From a virus: DNA of 43,905 nt. Below, one piece after another: positions 8,439 to 17,190 of the stretch (positions are counted from its first letter, which is position 1; the number at the start of each line of letters is the position of its first letter). Under the pieces are notes generated by a model that saw only the letters and a program-made list of their open reading frames with translations, ran no database searches and had not been told where the DNA came from. Location of the stretch: positions 1-43,905 of IMG/VR virus record IMGVR_UViG_3300003973_000004, one strand, 5' to 3'. Made by a program: the position numbers and the translations under genes.

Positions 8439-9313
8439 CAGACACAACTAACCCAGTAACAACTACCGAAATTCCAGGCACGTTACCTCCGGTAACTGCT
8501 AATGCTTTCGGTACAGTGCCAAAGGGTGAAGTAATTCCCCAGACACCTTCTGAGAAAGATGCAGACCCGCACGGTAGTAAGCTGGACCAGATTCTAGCTG
8601 CCCTCCGTGATGGTAAGCCAGCAGATGCAGGGAAGGTTATTGATGCCGCCGCACAGGAACGCGCCGCTGCTAAGGATGAGCCAAAGGCAGAGGAAGCCCC
8701 TGCAACCGATGCAGTACCAAAGGTAGCTACAGGCAACAAAGCCCTGGACATTGCTGTATCAGCGTTCGTTGCAGCTACCGGTACTACCGAGGAAGATATC
8801 TCTAAGGCTATGCAGGCTGCGTACGAAGCGCAGGATGTGAAGTACATTGACAAGGCGTACCTCAAGGAGCGCTTCGGTGATAAAGCGGACCAGGCCATTG
8901 CTCTTGCAGAGGCTGTGTATGAAACGGATGTTCAATCCCAAAAGGCTTTACTGAATGACGTGTACTCCACGGCAGGAAGTGAGGAGCAGTTCAAACAGTG
9001 TGCTGACGTGTTCAAAGAACGCGCTAAGCCTGCTATGCGAGCTGTGGTTAAACAGATGCTAGACTCCGGTGACCCGGAAGCAGTGCGTGAGGCTGCCTCT
9101 TTAATCGCTGAGTTCGGCAAGCAGTCAGGTGTGTTCGTCCAGAAGGATGGGACTCGCCTAGGGGGTTCTTCCGGTGTCGTACCGGACCAGGGCCTTAGTA
9201 TGGCAGAGTTCAACGAGGCTCGTTCTAAGCTCAACCCAATGTCCCGCTCATACCGTGACGACCTAGCTAAACTCATTGACCTTAGACGCATGGGGAAACA
9301 GTTAAATAAATGA
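8435..9313 (+). CDS. capsid scaffolding protein
   Basis: 292 aa, acidic, Ala/Glu/Lys-rich and helical. It lies between portal and capsid, with an ATGA overlap with the portal gene. Confidence 0.8.
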   Translation: MTDTTNPVTTTEIPGTLPPVTANAFGTVPKGEVIPQTPSEKDADPHGSKLDQILAALRDGKPADAGKVIDAAAQERAAAKDEPKAEEAPATDAVPKVATGNKALDIAVSAFVAATGTTEEDISKAMQAAYEAQDVKYIDKAYLKERFGDKADQAIALAEAVYETDVQSQKALLNDVYSTAGSEEQFKQCADVFKERAKPAMRAVVKQMLDSGDPEAVREAASLIAEFGKQSGVFVQKDGTRLGGSSGVVPDQGLSMAEFNEARSKLNPMSRSYRDDLAKLIDLRRMGKQLNK

Positions 9314-9326
9314 CTTAGGAGTATTG

Positions 9327-9782
9327 ATGTTAAGTTATGAGGCTATAAGTTTACTCGTCAGTTATGTTGATGGGCGTTTAGTGTGCAAGCGTACAGGTAA
9401 GTACCGGGATACTTCTCGAATGACTTCTGGCTATGCTGCCTGTAAGGGTAGTGTTGGCGGCGTGGTGTACCGGGATTCGGCCCACCGTGTAGTGTGGTTT
9501 ATGCATAATGGCCCGATTCCAGATGGGTTTGAAATAGACCACATAGACCAGGATAAACTTAACAACAATATAACTAATCTGAGACTAGTAACACGCAGTG
9601 GCAACTGCCACAATATGGGGAATCCAGTTGGGGTATACTTTGACAAGGTGTGCAATAATTGGTACTCAAATATATCTATAAACAACAAGACTACCCGTAT
9701 TGGTTCGTTTGATAACATCCTAGATGCTAGGGCCTGTTATCTCCGCACTAAACAGGAACTCCAACAGAAGGAAATTAAATAG
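9327..9782 (+). CDS. HNH homing endonuclease with AP2-like domain
   Basis: HNH motif: IDHIDQDKLNNNITNLRLVTRSGNCHN. AP2-like block: GVYFDKVCNNWYSNISINNKTTRIGSF. ATG 9327 follows TTAGGAG. The sequence is visibly more AT-rich than its flanks. Confidence 0.85.
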   Translation: MLSYEAISLLVSYVDGRLVCKRTGKYRDTSRMTSGYAACKGSVGGVVYRDSAHRVVWFMHNGPIPDGFEIDHIDQDKLNNNITNLRLVTRSGNCHNMGNPVGVYFDKVCNNWYSNISINNKTTRIGSFDNILDARACYLRTKQELQQKEIK

Positions 9783-10765
9783 TGGCAAACACTCCATATT
9801 CAGCAGACTTATCAAGAATCCACTGGGCTGGCTCGAACTCTGATGTAGATATCCACCTCGAGATTTTCGAAGGTGACGTAGACTCAGGCTTCCTGTACAA
9901 CTCCTTCTTCCGTGGCAACAGCTCGTACATCTCTGTACAGGACCAGTCTAACCAGGCCCGTATCGACCGTATGAACACCGTTACCATCAAGGGCCGTACT
10001 CCGGGTCAGAAGCTCGACCGCGAGTCCGTGAAGAACGACAAACTGGTTATCACTGTTGATACAGTGACGTACGCAAGTACCGTTATGGACTGGCAGGATG
10101 ACTGGACCTCTCCAGACCGTTGGGCTGAGATTGGTCAACAGCACGGCTCCCAGCACGCACGTCTGTTCGACACCGCGCACCTGACCCAAATCATCAAGGC
10201 TCGTAAGTGGATTGCTCCGGCAGACCTCAAGCCAGCATTCTTCGATGGTAAGGAGTACACCGCAGCGTATAACGCAGACCGTACCGTGTTCGCAGCAAAT
10301 ATCGTTGACGCGCACCGTCAGGGTATTGAGGAAATGGTACGCCGTGACCTCGGTGGCTCTCTGACCGAGTTCATCACCGTGGTTTCCCCACGCGTGTTCG
10401 GTCTGCTGCTGGACTCTGAGAAGCTCATTAACGTGGACTACTCCGCAGGTAACGCGAACTTCGCAGCGCGTCGTGTTGGTATGATTAACGGTGTACGCAT
10501 CGTTGAATCTGCACGCTTCCCGACCGTTGCTGGTACCTCTCCACTGGGTGCAGCATTCACCGTGGATGCGGATGACGTAGCGTGTGAGATGGTTGTGTAC
10601 CATCCGAAGATGACTCTGGTAACTGTTGAGGCCAAACCGATGACCACCAACAAGTACCCAGACAACCCGAACTTCTCTGATATCCTGGACAGCTTCGCGC
10701 TGTACACCGTGGGTCAGCGTCGTCCGGATACCAGCTTCGCAGTTAAGCTGACTAACCTGCCGTAA
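9782..10765 (+). CDS. major capsid protein (GTG start)
   Basis: 327 aa with highly biased codons, in the position after the scaffold gene. The only possible start is GTG 9782, which overlaps the HNH stop (taGTG). Confidence 0.9.
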   Translation: MANTPYSADLSRIHWAGSNSDVDIHLEIFEGDVDSGFLYNSFFRGNSSYISVQDQSNQARIDRMNTVTIKGRTPGQKLDRESVKNDKLVITVDTVTYASTVMDWQDDWTSPDRWAEIGQQHGSQHARLFDTAHLTQIIKARKWIAPADLKPAFFDGKEYTAAYNADRTVFAANIVDAHRQGIEEMVRRDLGGSLTEFITVVSPRVFGLLLDSEKLINVDYSAGNANFAARRVGMINGVRIVESARFPTVAGTSPLGAAFTVDADDVACEMVVYHPKMTLVTVEAKPMTTNKYPDNPNFSDILDSFALYTVGQRRPDTSFAVKLTNLP

Positions 10766-10782
10766 TAGCAGGGGTAATATCA

Positions 10783-10812
10783 AAGGGTCGCCTACGGGTG
10801 GCCCTTGAATAT
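10783..10812 (+). terminator. stem-loop terminator after the capsid gene (T-phi-like position)
   Basis: AAGGGTCGCC-TACG-GGTGGCCCTT forms a 10-bp stem including 2 G-U pairs. It is followed by TTGAATATT. Confidence 0.6.
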
Positions 10813-10822
10813 TACTAACAAT

Positions 10823-10906
10823 GTGGGATTGGCAGAGCGGTTGAATGCAACAGACTGTAAATCTGGTCCGAAAGGCGCGGTGGTTCAAATCCATCATCCC
10901 ACACCA
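10823..10906 (+). tRNA. tRNA-Tyr (anticodon GTA), type II with long variable arm, CCA encoded
   Basis: Hand-folded cloverleaf. Acceptor GTGGGAT/ATCCCAC pairs 7/7. U8 is present. D arm is GCA-GAGCGGTTGAA-TGC. Anticodon arm is ACAGA-CTGTAAA-TCTGG (A27-G43 mismatch). The variable arm is about 12 nt. T arm is GGTGG-TTCAAAT-CCATC. Discriminator is A, followed by CCA. It aligns block-by-block with E. coli tRNA-Tyr. Confidence 0.9.
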
Positions 10907-10920
10907 ATTCAGGAGGCACG

Positions 10921-11478
10921 ATGGAACTTTTAGATGCAGTTAATACGTGCCTCACAGCACTGGGTGAAGCCCGTGTAACGAGCACAGATACTCGTCACCC
11001 CTCTGTAGATTTAATCCTACAGACTCTAGCCACTAAGCAGAAACTCCTGTTGGAGCGAGGTTGGTGGTTCAACACGCAGGACGAGGAGATGTTCCCAGAC
11101 ACCCTTGGGCGTATTCCGTACCCGGCTGCAAGTATCGCTATCAAATCACTAGATGGCTACACAATCTACAGCAAGCGGAACCACTTCCTGTTCGACAACA
11201 CGCACAACAGCATGTACTTTACTGGTCCTGTGTGTATTCAGGTCACGTACAATCTGGACTTTGAAGATTTGCCAGAGAGTGTGGCTACAGTTATTACGTA
11301 CCGGGCTGCCCGTGCAGTGTATGTGGGCGACCTAGGCAACGATGCCTCGGTTCAAGACTTGGTTATGAATGAACAGCAGGCTATGCTTCTGGTAGAAGAA
11401 CAGCACATGCGCAATAAGAAACACAGTACACGCCGCCGCAGACAGTGGGCGCGGTACCAGAATTCACTTTGGAGTTAA
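10921..11478 (+). CDS. tail tubular protein A (adaptor/gatekeeper, T7 gp11-like)
   Basis: 185 aa with an AGGAGG SD, in the conserved position after the capsid gene. Confidence 0.8.
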   Translation: MELLDAVNTCLTALGEARVTSTDTRHPSVDLILQTLATKQKLLLERGWWFNTQDEEMFPDTLGRIPYPAASIAIKSLDGYTIYSKRNHFLFDNTHNSMYFTGPVCIQVTYNLDFEDLPESVATVITYRAARAVYVGDLGNDASVQDLVMNEQQAMLLVEEQHMRNKKHSTRRRRQWARYQNSLWS

Positions 11479-11488
11479 GGAGACACCC

Positions 11489-13834
11489 ATGAGCTTTGAT
11501 GGTTCAATTAAAAGTCTGCTCCAAGGTGTCTCGCAACAGGTGCCTCGCGAGCGTCTCGACGGACAGGTGTCTGTACAGCTGAACCGCTTGTCCGATGTGG
11601 TGAACGGGAACCGCCGCCGTCCGGGTGCACGGTACTTAGCAGATATCCCAACCACATCCCAGTACGACGACCGTGTGTTCGCTAGTTATGTGGATGTACA
11701 AGACACTGCTAACCACGTAATCATTAATACCGAGACCGGGCAACTAGTAATCCTCTCTGAGGACTTTAGTACTACGTTGCACTCCAGTACCCAAGCGTAC
11801 TTGGTTGCCAGTACTGCTAACTCTATTCAGACAGCCACGCTACGTGGGGACCTGTACATTGCGAATACCGAGAAGGCGCCGGCTAAAGTACATGGTGCCA
11901 CCACACAGCAGGACCCCACTAAGACGGGCTTCTTCTTTGTGCGTACCCCAGCCTTCGAGAAAGATTACGATATTACCCTGAGCAATTCCACGGGGACTTA
12001 CACTTACACGTACACTACCCCAAAGGCAGACGGTACTACTCCGGGGAGCACTGACCCCGTAGCCGAGTCCAAACCAAGCTATATTATTGGACGTTTAGTT
12101 ACCCTTATTAATGCTGCAACGGGTACACACGGTATCACGGCTACACAGTACGACGCGTACCTGTTCCTAAAGAGCAACACCGCCACGCTGTCTGCCACCA
12201 CCAACGCAGGTAGTACATACGCCACAGCAAGTAATCAATCTCGCGTAGGGCTGGTCTCCGACCTCCCTGCACGCCTCCCGGCAGTAGCCAACGGTGCGTT
12301 GGTAGCGGTGGGTACAACGGAACGTAACTTCGTGTGGTACCAGTATGACTACGCTACTTCGGTCTGGAAAGAGGCAGGCGCTTACGGAAGCCCCACAGGC
12401 TTCTCTAATATGCCTATACGCATCTCGCTGGACGGTACCTATACGGTCGGTGCTCCAGTGTACGAGGGGCGTCTAGCAGGCTCTGATGAGACTAATGAGG
12501 ACCCTGGGTTTATCGACAATGGGGTAACTGGTTTCGGAGCCTACCAAGGCCGCCTGGTTATTCTAGCTGGCCCAGAGGTGTGTATGTCAGCAGCGGGGAA
12601 TCCCCTGCGCTGGTACCGCAGCACAGTAACCACACTACTAACGGACGACCCGATTAACATCTTCTCGGGCGCTGCGACGAGTACTAACTTCCGACACTGC
12701 GTACAGTTCAACAAGGACCTACTCTTGTTTGCTCGTTCCTGTCAGGCAGTGGTACCAAGTAGCAATGCTGCTATTACTCCGCAGACAGCCCAGATAGTTA
12801 TTACCTCTGGGTACACCTCTGATACACTGGCACAGCCTGGTGTGGTTGGACGTTCGGTTCTGTACAGTATGCCACGAACAGAGAACTTCGCAGGTGTGCT
12901 GGAAGTTATCCCAAGCAATACCACGGATTCCCAGTACACGTCTAATGACATTACTGCGCACATCCCAAGGTACTTGCCGGGGAGAATCCGCAGCATTGTA
13001 TCTAGTACCACCAGCAACTCTAGTGCTTTTGTTTGTACCGGGGATAATCGTAGCCTGTTCTTACAGGATTACTTGTGGTCGGGGGATGAGAAGGTACAAA
13101 GTGCTTGGCACCAATGGACGCTTCCGTATCCTGTGGTCTGCACTTGGTTTGTTCGTGACCGGGTTTACATCGGATTACGGGATGGCTCTACTATCCTTGT
13201 GGTGACTATTGAACCACAGGCTGGGCCTACTGTTAATAATTATGTGCGTCCATTCTCTGATGTGTACATCCAAGTGGCTATGGTAAGCGGACAGTTCGTC
13301 TTGCCGGAGAGGCTGCGAGATGCAGTAGCATCGGGGGCGGAGTTATTCATTACCTTTGCTGACACAAGTATGGGTGGGATGTGGGTAGGGTACGAGAGTA
13401 TTGACCCAGTTACCTTTGTAGTAACAACTGTGAGGAATGTTCCCGATGGGGCGTACTTCGCAGGGGTACGCTATACTAGCGTCCTAAGCCCCACACCACC
13501 ACTAGTTCGAGACAGCAATGGTCTGGTTATTGGCACAAGCCGAACGCTACTTACCCGGTATGAGTTAACCCTGAAAGACTCCGGGGAGTTCCACGCTGTT
13601 ATTACCGACAGCTCCCGGACTCTTACGGACGGGAATTACTCTAGCCTGGTGTACAGTAACGTGGAGCTATTACCTAATAACCCAACTGCCGCTTCTCTGG
13701 GTAGGGCTATTATACCGGTACGCGCGCAGGCCCAAGACACAGTAGCCACCTTCGAGGCGGATGCTGATGCCGACCTGTGTATCCTTGACATTGAGTACGT
13801 ACTACAGTACAGAGCGAGAAGGAGTAGAATATGA
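11489..13834 (+). CDS. tail tubular protein B (nozzle, T7 gp12-like)
   Basis: 781 aa with a TAAGGAG SD, in the conserved position and of the expected size. Confidence 0.85.
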   Translation: MSFDGSIKSLLQGVSQQVPRERLDGQVSVQLNRLSDVVNGNRRRPGARYLADIPTTSQYDDRVFASYVDVQDTANHVIINTETGQLVILSEDFSTTLHSSTQAYLVASTANSIQTATLRGDLYIANTEKAPAKVHGATTQQDPTKTGFFFVRTPAFEKDYDITLSNSTGTYTYTYTTPKADGTTPGSTDPVAESKPSYIIGRLVTLINAATGTHGITATQYDAYLFLKSNTATLSATTNAGSTYATASNQSRVGLVSDLPARLPAVANGALVAVGTTERNFVWYQYDYATSVWKEAGAYGSPTGFSNMPIRISLDGTYTVGAPVYEGRLAGSDETNEDPGFIDNGVTGFGAYQGRLVILAGPEVCMSAAGNPLRWYRSTVTTLLTDDPINIFSGAATSTNFRHCVQFNKDLLLFARSCQAVVPSSNAAITPQTAQIVITSGYTSDTLAQPGVVGRSVLYSMPRTENFAGVLEVIPSNTTDSQYTSNDITAHIPRYLPGRIRSIVSSTTSNSSAFVCTGDNRSLFLQDYLWSGDEKVQSAWHQWTLPYPVVCTWFVRDRVYIGLRDGSTILVVTIEPQAGPTVNNYVRPFSDVYIQVAMVSGQFVLPERLRDAVASGAELFITFADTSMGGMWVGYESIDPVTFVVTTVRNVPDGAYFAGVRYTSVLSPTPPLVRDSNGLVIGTSRTLLTRYELTLKDSGEFHAVITDSSRTLTDGNYSSLVYSNVELLPNNPTAASLGRAIIPVRAQAQDTVATFEADADADLCILDIEYVLQYRARRSRI

Positions 13835-14442
13835 TTTGGATGTTTGCCTCCCTCGCTGCTCAAGCAGTCCAGGGTAGCCTACAGTACGGCAGGGATGCTC
13901 AGGAACAGAAGCGCCAGAACAAGGTGGATATTAAGTACAACGAGGCAGTTCGCACTGCCTCTGCTCGTCAGATTACTGAGATTAACCTACAGCGCACAGC
14001 TGCTCGTGCACAGACAGCGCAGGCCCTGGATGCTGCTCGTAAACAAGGGCAGGTAGAGACCTCCTCACGGAACTTACAGGCCGCTGCCACCGATACCATG
14101 GGTGCTAGTGTAGACCAGAACCTACAAGAAGTGGAAGTACAGCTGGCTGCTGCCGAGAGTAATCTTATGCAGAATGCTGAGCTTACGGAGTTATCTCTGG
14201 ACTCCTCTGTGCACAACACAGTGGACCAAGCACGTAATAGTATTCGTGACCTGAGCAACCCGCTGGGTTCTGACTACGCCGCAGCAGGTGCCGCCGTAGG
14301 GCAGCTTGGAACCAGCGTAGTAGCGAATAAGCTAAGTGGGCAGGGTTGGTTCGGCGGTAAGCCGGGTCAGCAGCAACCTGCACCTATTACGCAGGCAGTG
14401 GGTACACCAACAAATAACTTATCTACACGATTGAATCTTTAA
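13831..14442 (+). CDS. internal virion protein A (T7 gp14 / phiKMV gp35 position)
   Basis: 203 aa and Gln/Ala-rich, with an ATGA overlap with the nozzle gene. Confidence 0.75.
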   Translation: MIWMFASLAAQAVQGSLQYGRDAQEQKRQNKVDIKYNEAVRTASARQITEINLQRTAARAQTAQALDAARKQGQVETSSRNLQAAATDTMGASVDQNLQEVEVQLAAAESNLMQNAELTELSLDSSVHNTVDQARNSIRDLSNPLGSDYAAAGAAVGQLGTSVVANKLSGQGWFGGKPGQQQPAPITQAVGTPTNNLSTRLNL

Positions 14443-14451
14443 GGAGATACC

Positions 14452-17181
14452 ATGCCGGTTCGTCAACCAACACAAGGCGGAGTACAGGTTCCGGGTTTAT
14501 CTGGCTACCAGAGCGCTGGGGTTGCCCAACCGGTGTACCGTGCTCCACAAGAAGAATCCCCTGGGATGAGTGCCTTCTGGCAGAACTTAATCCCAGCCTC
14601 TGTGCAGACTGCCCAAGCAGCGCAACAGACAGCAGCGGCCAAGGGTTATTTAGAAGGGCAGCAGGACAGTCTACAGGGACGTGAGAAACAGGTACGAAAC
14701 TTCTTCACGCAGGAAGCGTACGAGCAGGGCTTTAACTCTGCCACTGTGAACACCGCCTTGGCTAAGTTCCAGCTAGGCCTACAGAACACAGCGCAGCGGT
14801 ACGTCAACTCCGGTAAGACTCCGGAAGAATTCAATGTACACGTACAACAGCAGACTAACCAGCTTCTACAGGAAGCGGGTGCACAGGGCCTGAACTTGAA
14901 TGACAAGGATTGGCAGGCGTGGCTCGGCTCAGTAGAGCAGACCCGCAATACCGCCGATGCATCTTTCCAGGACCTGAACCTCAAGCGTGCCGCTATCCAG
15001 CAGGAGCAAGCCTGGGGTGCGCGGGGTAATGCCGCTATCGCTAGCTTCGTGACCGCGCAGCAGTCTGGTGATACCGAACAAGCCCTACAGAACGTTAACA
15101 GCTTCATCTCCTCTGTAGTGCACGATGACAGTATTACAGCAGAGAACAAGATTAAGTACACCTCCCAGTTCATGGTGAATGCCTTCGCTAATGCTAACAG
15201 CACAGGTGACATGCAAGCCCTTACTGGGTACATCCAGACATTGGATGAATTCAAGAACATGCCTACGGATGTGCAGACCCAGATTATGGGCAGCGCACAG
15301 CAGTACTACCAGCAACGTGCCTCTGATGAGAGCGTACAGTTGTACGAGTACAACTCCAGAGTTAACAGTGTTACGGACTACAAAGCCTTGAATGAGCAGT
15401 ACCCTATGGACCAGTACATTGGCACCGTAATGCAGGCTGTCCAGCAGAAGAAGTTATCTCCTGGCACTGGGTACGGTATGGTAGATGCTGAGTCTCAACG
15501 CCGCTTAAAGATGCAGAAGGCCCAACAGGCCCAACTCGCTTACACCAATGGTGTTACCTTGTCTGATATTGCAGCGGGTACAGGTGAATCCTTAGATAAG
15601 GTTAAGGGTGAGATTACCAAGATGTATGCTACCCTTGGACAAGGTTATTCCGGGGGTGGATTACAGCTTATGCAGCGAGGTCTCAAGTCTGGTGCTCAGG
15701 ACCTAACTGGTGTTGGTATCGAGATGATGCAGCAGGATGCGCAGTCCTTAGCAGGTATTGATTGGCGTAACCTCAAGACAGACTCAGATGGTAAGCCACT
15801 GTATCCGGCAGCTGTAGTAAGCTCCCTCGGGAATCTACAGGCCGCGTATCAATCTGCTCTCGCAGCAGGCAATCAGGTACAAGCTAACCAGCTACTCTCT
15901 GGACTGCCCGACCCCGTAGTGTATGGTATTCGACAGAACGTAGATGCCCGTGACCTGGCGGATGTAGTGGGTAAACGTGCGCAAGATATTGCAGCGGGCA
16001 AGATTCTCTCCCTCCCGGCGAATATGCCAACGGAGCTGAATGTATCACAGGCTGATGTTACAGCAGGTATCTTTGACCTGGGCCTAGGAAAGGATGCACG
16101 TAACCGTAACGCCCTCGGTATTCAGTCCTGGGTATTTACTTCGGATGCTGATGAAAAGGCCGCACAGGCTCGTGTAGGGCAGATTAATAGTGCTTTGAAC
16201 AATGAGTACGTGTACAACCAGCAACGCGGCTCCCTGCCTTCCCTGGTGGGAGACGACCTCAAGAGTTGGTTAGTAGGCAAGGTAACGGCTAGGACTGTAC
16301 GTGTTAAGGATGGTACCGACAATGGCGCTCTCCTGGTACTGCCAGAAGTTGGGGATAAACAGAAGGTGTTCGGAAGTACCGACAACGGTATTATTGAGAC
16401 TGCACTTACTGAGTCTGTAACGAACTTCAAGAAGCAGTACCCACAAGCTAGTACCGTGCAGATGGACTACGACCCACTGACTCAGGAAATCATCTTCCAA
16501 GGTGTTAATCCTGATAATCAACTAGGCACTACACGTACTAGTATCCCCGCCGCTGACTTCCGGAATACTGTTCAAGGTGTGCAGAACACGCTCACACAGA
16601 ATGGCACCGGTGCTAAGCAGGGCAACTTGAACGTCCCAGGTGCAGGCTTTGTTAGCTTTAATGCGGCTAACAACTTCGGTATCCAGAAGAACGTGGTGAT
16701 GGGTGCAGTGAACCAACTCGTGTCCTACGAGGGGTACACGCCTTCCAAGGGCTTTAGTGTTCTTGGTGTGCATCCAGATACAGGTGCTAAGCTGAACGAT
16801 GAGAAGTACGTGAAGCAGGCAACCGACACACCGCAGGTAGCAGCAGATAAGTTCAACATGTACCTGAACGATAAGGTGTATCCTCTGGTTATGCCTAAGA
16901 TGGATGAGTACCTGAGCCTTCCGGGGTACATCCAGAACAACATCTACAATGCCTTGGTGGAGACTACATATCACTCAGGTAATGCTGATGCCTTCAACAA
17001 GTACATCCAGGCTGCTTTATCTGGGGATAACACAGCACTACAAGGTTTCCGAGACAGCCCACTGTTCAAAGACGCCGGTGCAGGTTCCAGACGTAATGTA
17101 GACCGTGCGCAGTTGCTCGGTTCCCTGGTTATGTACCGTGTTAATAGCCCTACGCAGTACCCAAGTCCACTCAATAAATAA
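14452..17181 (+). CDS. internal virion protein B (T7 gp15 / phiKMV gp36 position), possible C-terminal muralytic domain
   Basis: 909 aa. The C-terminal roughly 160 aa (SYEGYTPSKGFSVLGVHPDTG...) is lysozyme-like by eye only. Confidence 0.8.
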   Translation: MPVRQPTQGGVQVPGLSGYQSAGVAQPVYRAPQEESPGMSAFWQNLIPASVQTAQAAQQTAAAKGYLEGQQDSLQGREKQVRNFFTQEAYEQGFNSATVNTALAKFQLGLQNTAQRYVNSGKTPEEFNVHVQQQTNQLLQEAGAQGLNLNDKDWQAWLGSVEQTRNTADASFQDLNLKRAAIQQEQAWGARGNAAIASFVTAQQSGDTEQALQNVNSFISSVVHDDSITAENKIKYTSQFMVNAFANANSTGDMQALTGYIQTLDEFKNMPTDVQTQIMGSAQQYYQQRASDESVQLYEYNSRVNSVTDYKALNEQYPMDQYIGTVMQAVQQKKLSPGTGYGMVDAESQRRLKMQKAQQAQLAYTNGVTLSDIAAGTGESLDKVKGEITKMYATLGQGYSGGGLQLMQRGLKSGAQDLTGVGIEMMQQDAQSLAGIDWRNLKTDSDGKPLYPAAVVSSLGNLQAAYQSALAAGNQVQANQLLSGLPDPVVYGIRQNVDARDLADVVGKRAQDIAAGKILSLPANMPTELNVSQADVTAGIFDLGLGKDARNRNALGIQSWVFTSDADEKAAQARVGQINSALNNEYVYNQQRGSLPSLVGDDLKSWLVGKVTARTVRVKDGTDNGALLVLPEVGDKQKVFGSTDNGIIETALTESVTNFKKQYPQASTVQMDYDPLTQEIIFQGVNPDNQLGTTRTSIPAADFRNTVQGVQNTLTQNGTGAKQGNLNVPGAGFVSFNAANNFGIQKNVVMGAVNQLVSYEGYTPSKGFSVLGVHPDTGAKLNDEKYVKQATDTPQVAADKFNMYLNDKVYPLVMPKMDEYLSLPGYIQNNIYNALVETTYHSGNADAFNKYIQAALSGDNTALQGFRDSPLFKDAGAGSRRNVDRAQLLGSLVMYRVNSPTQYPSPLNK

Positions 17182-17190
17182 GGAGCAACA

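Noticed and set aside
10720-10765. A programmed frameshift giving a longer minor capsid protein, as in T7 gene 10A/10B.
   Set aside because: Both alternative frames hit stop codons before the normal stop (TAA at 10744, TGA at 10749), so no extended product is possible.
9884-10897. A 337-aa minus-strand ORF covering the capsid gene, the terminator and the tRNA.
   Set aside because: It is a shadow ORF antisense to a strongly codon-biased gene. It also runs through a tRNA and a terminator, and the product is low complexity. The same reasoning applies to the other long minus-strand ORFs: 8416..8898, 14646..15260, 19899..20624, 21735..22427, 34559..35341, 38102..38671 and 42492..43241.
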